Below are positions 62,311 to 64,000 of a stretch of DNA of 64,000 bases, piece by piece. The notes below the pieces were generated by a model. That model was not told where the DNA came from and ran no database searches. It worked only from the letters and a program-made list of their open reading frames with translations. The stretch is from Macrostomum hystrix (taxonomy: Eukaryota > Animalia > Platyhelminthes). Positions within the stretch are counted from its first letter, which is position 1; each line of letters begins with the position of its first letter. The DNA lies in assembly GCA_950097015.1 (NCBI GenBank), contig CATNEN010000025.1:7378001-7442000 (forward strand). The letters run 5' to 3'. Both the position numbers and the translations under genes were made by a program.

Positions 62311-64000
62311 CGAGAAAAATACATAAAAATCAATGCATACAGATGGAATCAACATCGTCGGTGTCGGGGGAGAGGGAAGACATGTTTTTAGAGGCTGTTG
62401 GGGAATCATTAGAGGCAGTAGAACCATAGAAATTATTAAATTGCACGTTTTAGATAGCTATTCCAGCAGATAAATATAATAGCTAGCATGATAAATAGCA
62501 CATAGTTTAGATTAAAATTACTTGTTTGATTAATTAAAATACTAAGTATAGGGCCTACCCTGTGGGCAAGCTATCCCAGTACAAACAAAAAAGTTATAAA
62601 AATAACACGAAAAATGTAGATCCGAACAGAGTGGTAGCTTTAATTAAATATTACTTGAAGAAGGGTGCAACCATTGAGAGTAAAAAGTCCTTACCATAAA
62701 ATAGTGGTATCGACCTAACAGAGTAAGAAACTCACCAATTCTGTTCTTATACATTTTAAATATGACTATCAATCAACTAATTTTAAATGCGTTTGTGCAA
62801 AAGTGTCAAGTTTTTTATTTTTAAAAGCTTTAACAAAGGAAACGGATAGCTTAGGTAGGTAGATCCTAAAATGTTTTTTATAGCGTTCAAGGTATTTGCT
62901 TCTTTATTTTTATTTGTAAATTTTAGGTAAGGTAAGAGTACTTTTTCATGATACATTATTTTTAAACATTCGCGCCTTTAACCAGATATTTGAATTTAAC
63001 AGTCAACAGATATCAAATACACTAAAATTATTCATGAATCATGTAATGCGCATTAATTTTGTGCATAAGACCAACTATTAGCGCTTTAATCTAGATGCGA
63101 AGTGTCGGAAATTTTCGTTGAATGGTTTTAGTAACAGCGGCTGGAATTTTGAAGCGCAAATTATGAACCTAACAATTTTGAGACGATTTTGATCGTCACA
63201 AAATATTTAAGATTGTGCTTTTATCCAGCTGCTTCGACCAAGGCAAGGCAAATACCACTGAATATCAAGGACCAAGGACCTGTATCAAGGAGTTTTAATA
63301 CTGCACTGGTCCATGGTCAGTATTTCCTTAAACAACTGTATTGACTTCATATGTGTTAACAGCTGATTTAGCTTTCACTTGCGATTATTTTTTTAATTGG
63401 CAGAAAAAATAAAATGATGTTGACGGTCGTGTGCTAATATAATTAGTAGAGTTTTTAGTTTTTACTCTATCGTATTACAGAGTTAATCGAACATACGTTT
63501 TCTATGCAAGCAAAAGCATGCAAGTTCAGGCATATTGACATCATAAACTAATATATAGTGTCTCCCAATGTTAGACTAATGTATTTCTAATGTACTTTTA
63601 GTACAGGAAGCTGAGCTTTACCTGTAATTGCGTCATTAGGCCTGGTGATTTGGAGTTAGTATTATTCGTTCATAAGTGCATATGTTGTTTCGACTGGACA
63701 TTCGACCTTGGGTTGGGCTCCCCAGCTTTGCTGCATCCCTAAGAATCCCCTAAGCAAAAGTCCTAACTCTTGCTGATCGTTCTACTCCCTGAGAATATCT
63801 CGCATAGACTTTCGGCCACGGAACTTTTTGCTGAGTCAAAAATACAACCTCGGAAGCCCCGTTTGTTAGGGTCAGTCGTTGTGCTGTCCCCCAGGAGGTT
63901 CTCACAACCCTGGTCTTTTCCCTTTGCTCCCTGAGATCTTGGCCACTCAGTCACACCCAAAGCTATGCCAAGTACATCAGAGGTGGGGGTAGTTGCGGAG

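Overview
Eukaryotic (metazoan) genomic DNA: GC-rich exons in AT-rich, minisatellite-filled introns and intergenic DNA. The style suggests a flatworm such as Macrostomum, but that is inference only. Genes reconstructed by hand from GT-AG junctions with matching phases: possible 3' exons of an unidentified gene (-), tRNA-Gln(CTG), an RWD-MJ1316-2H phosphoesterase (LENG9-like) gene, COX16, a small PDZ protein, a 14-exon NMDA receptor GluN2/NR2-type subunit (+, 28424-42135), three tandem vasa/DDX4 paralogues (-) and Ran (-). Non-coding content: about 23 minisatellite or microsatellite arrays, three copies of a tRNA-headed SINE, a TA-flanked MITE and a degenerate foldback element. Most long ORFs in the supplied track are read-throughs of tandem repeats. 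Most notable observations: (i) a three-gene vasa cluster with exon-limited gene-conversion mosaicism and different RG/FG tails and zinc-knuckle counts; (ii) inverted minisatellite pairs bracketing NR2 exons, a circRNA/dsRNA-prone layout, one of which would give a stop-free 1794-nt circle; (iii) minisatellites that are in-register copies of real splice sites with the GT or AG disabled; (iv) a candidate RNA end-repair enzyme with an RWD domain.
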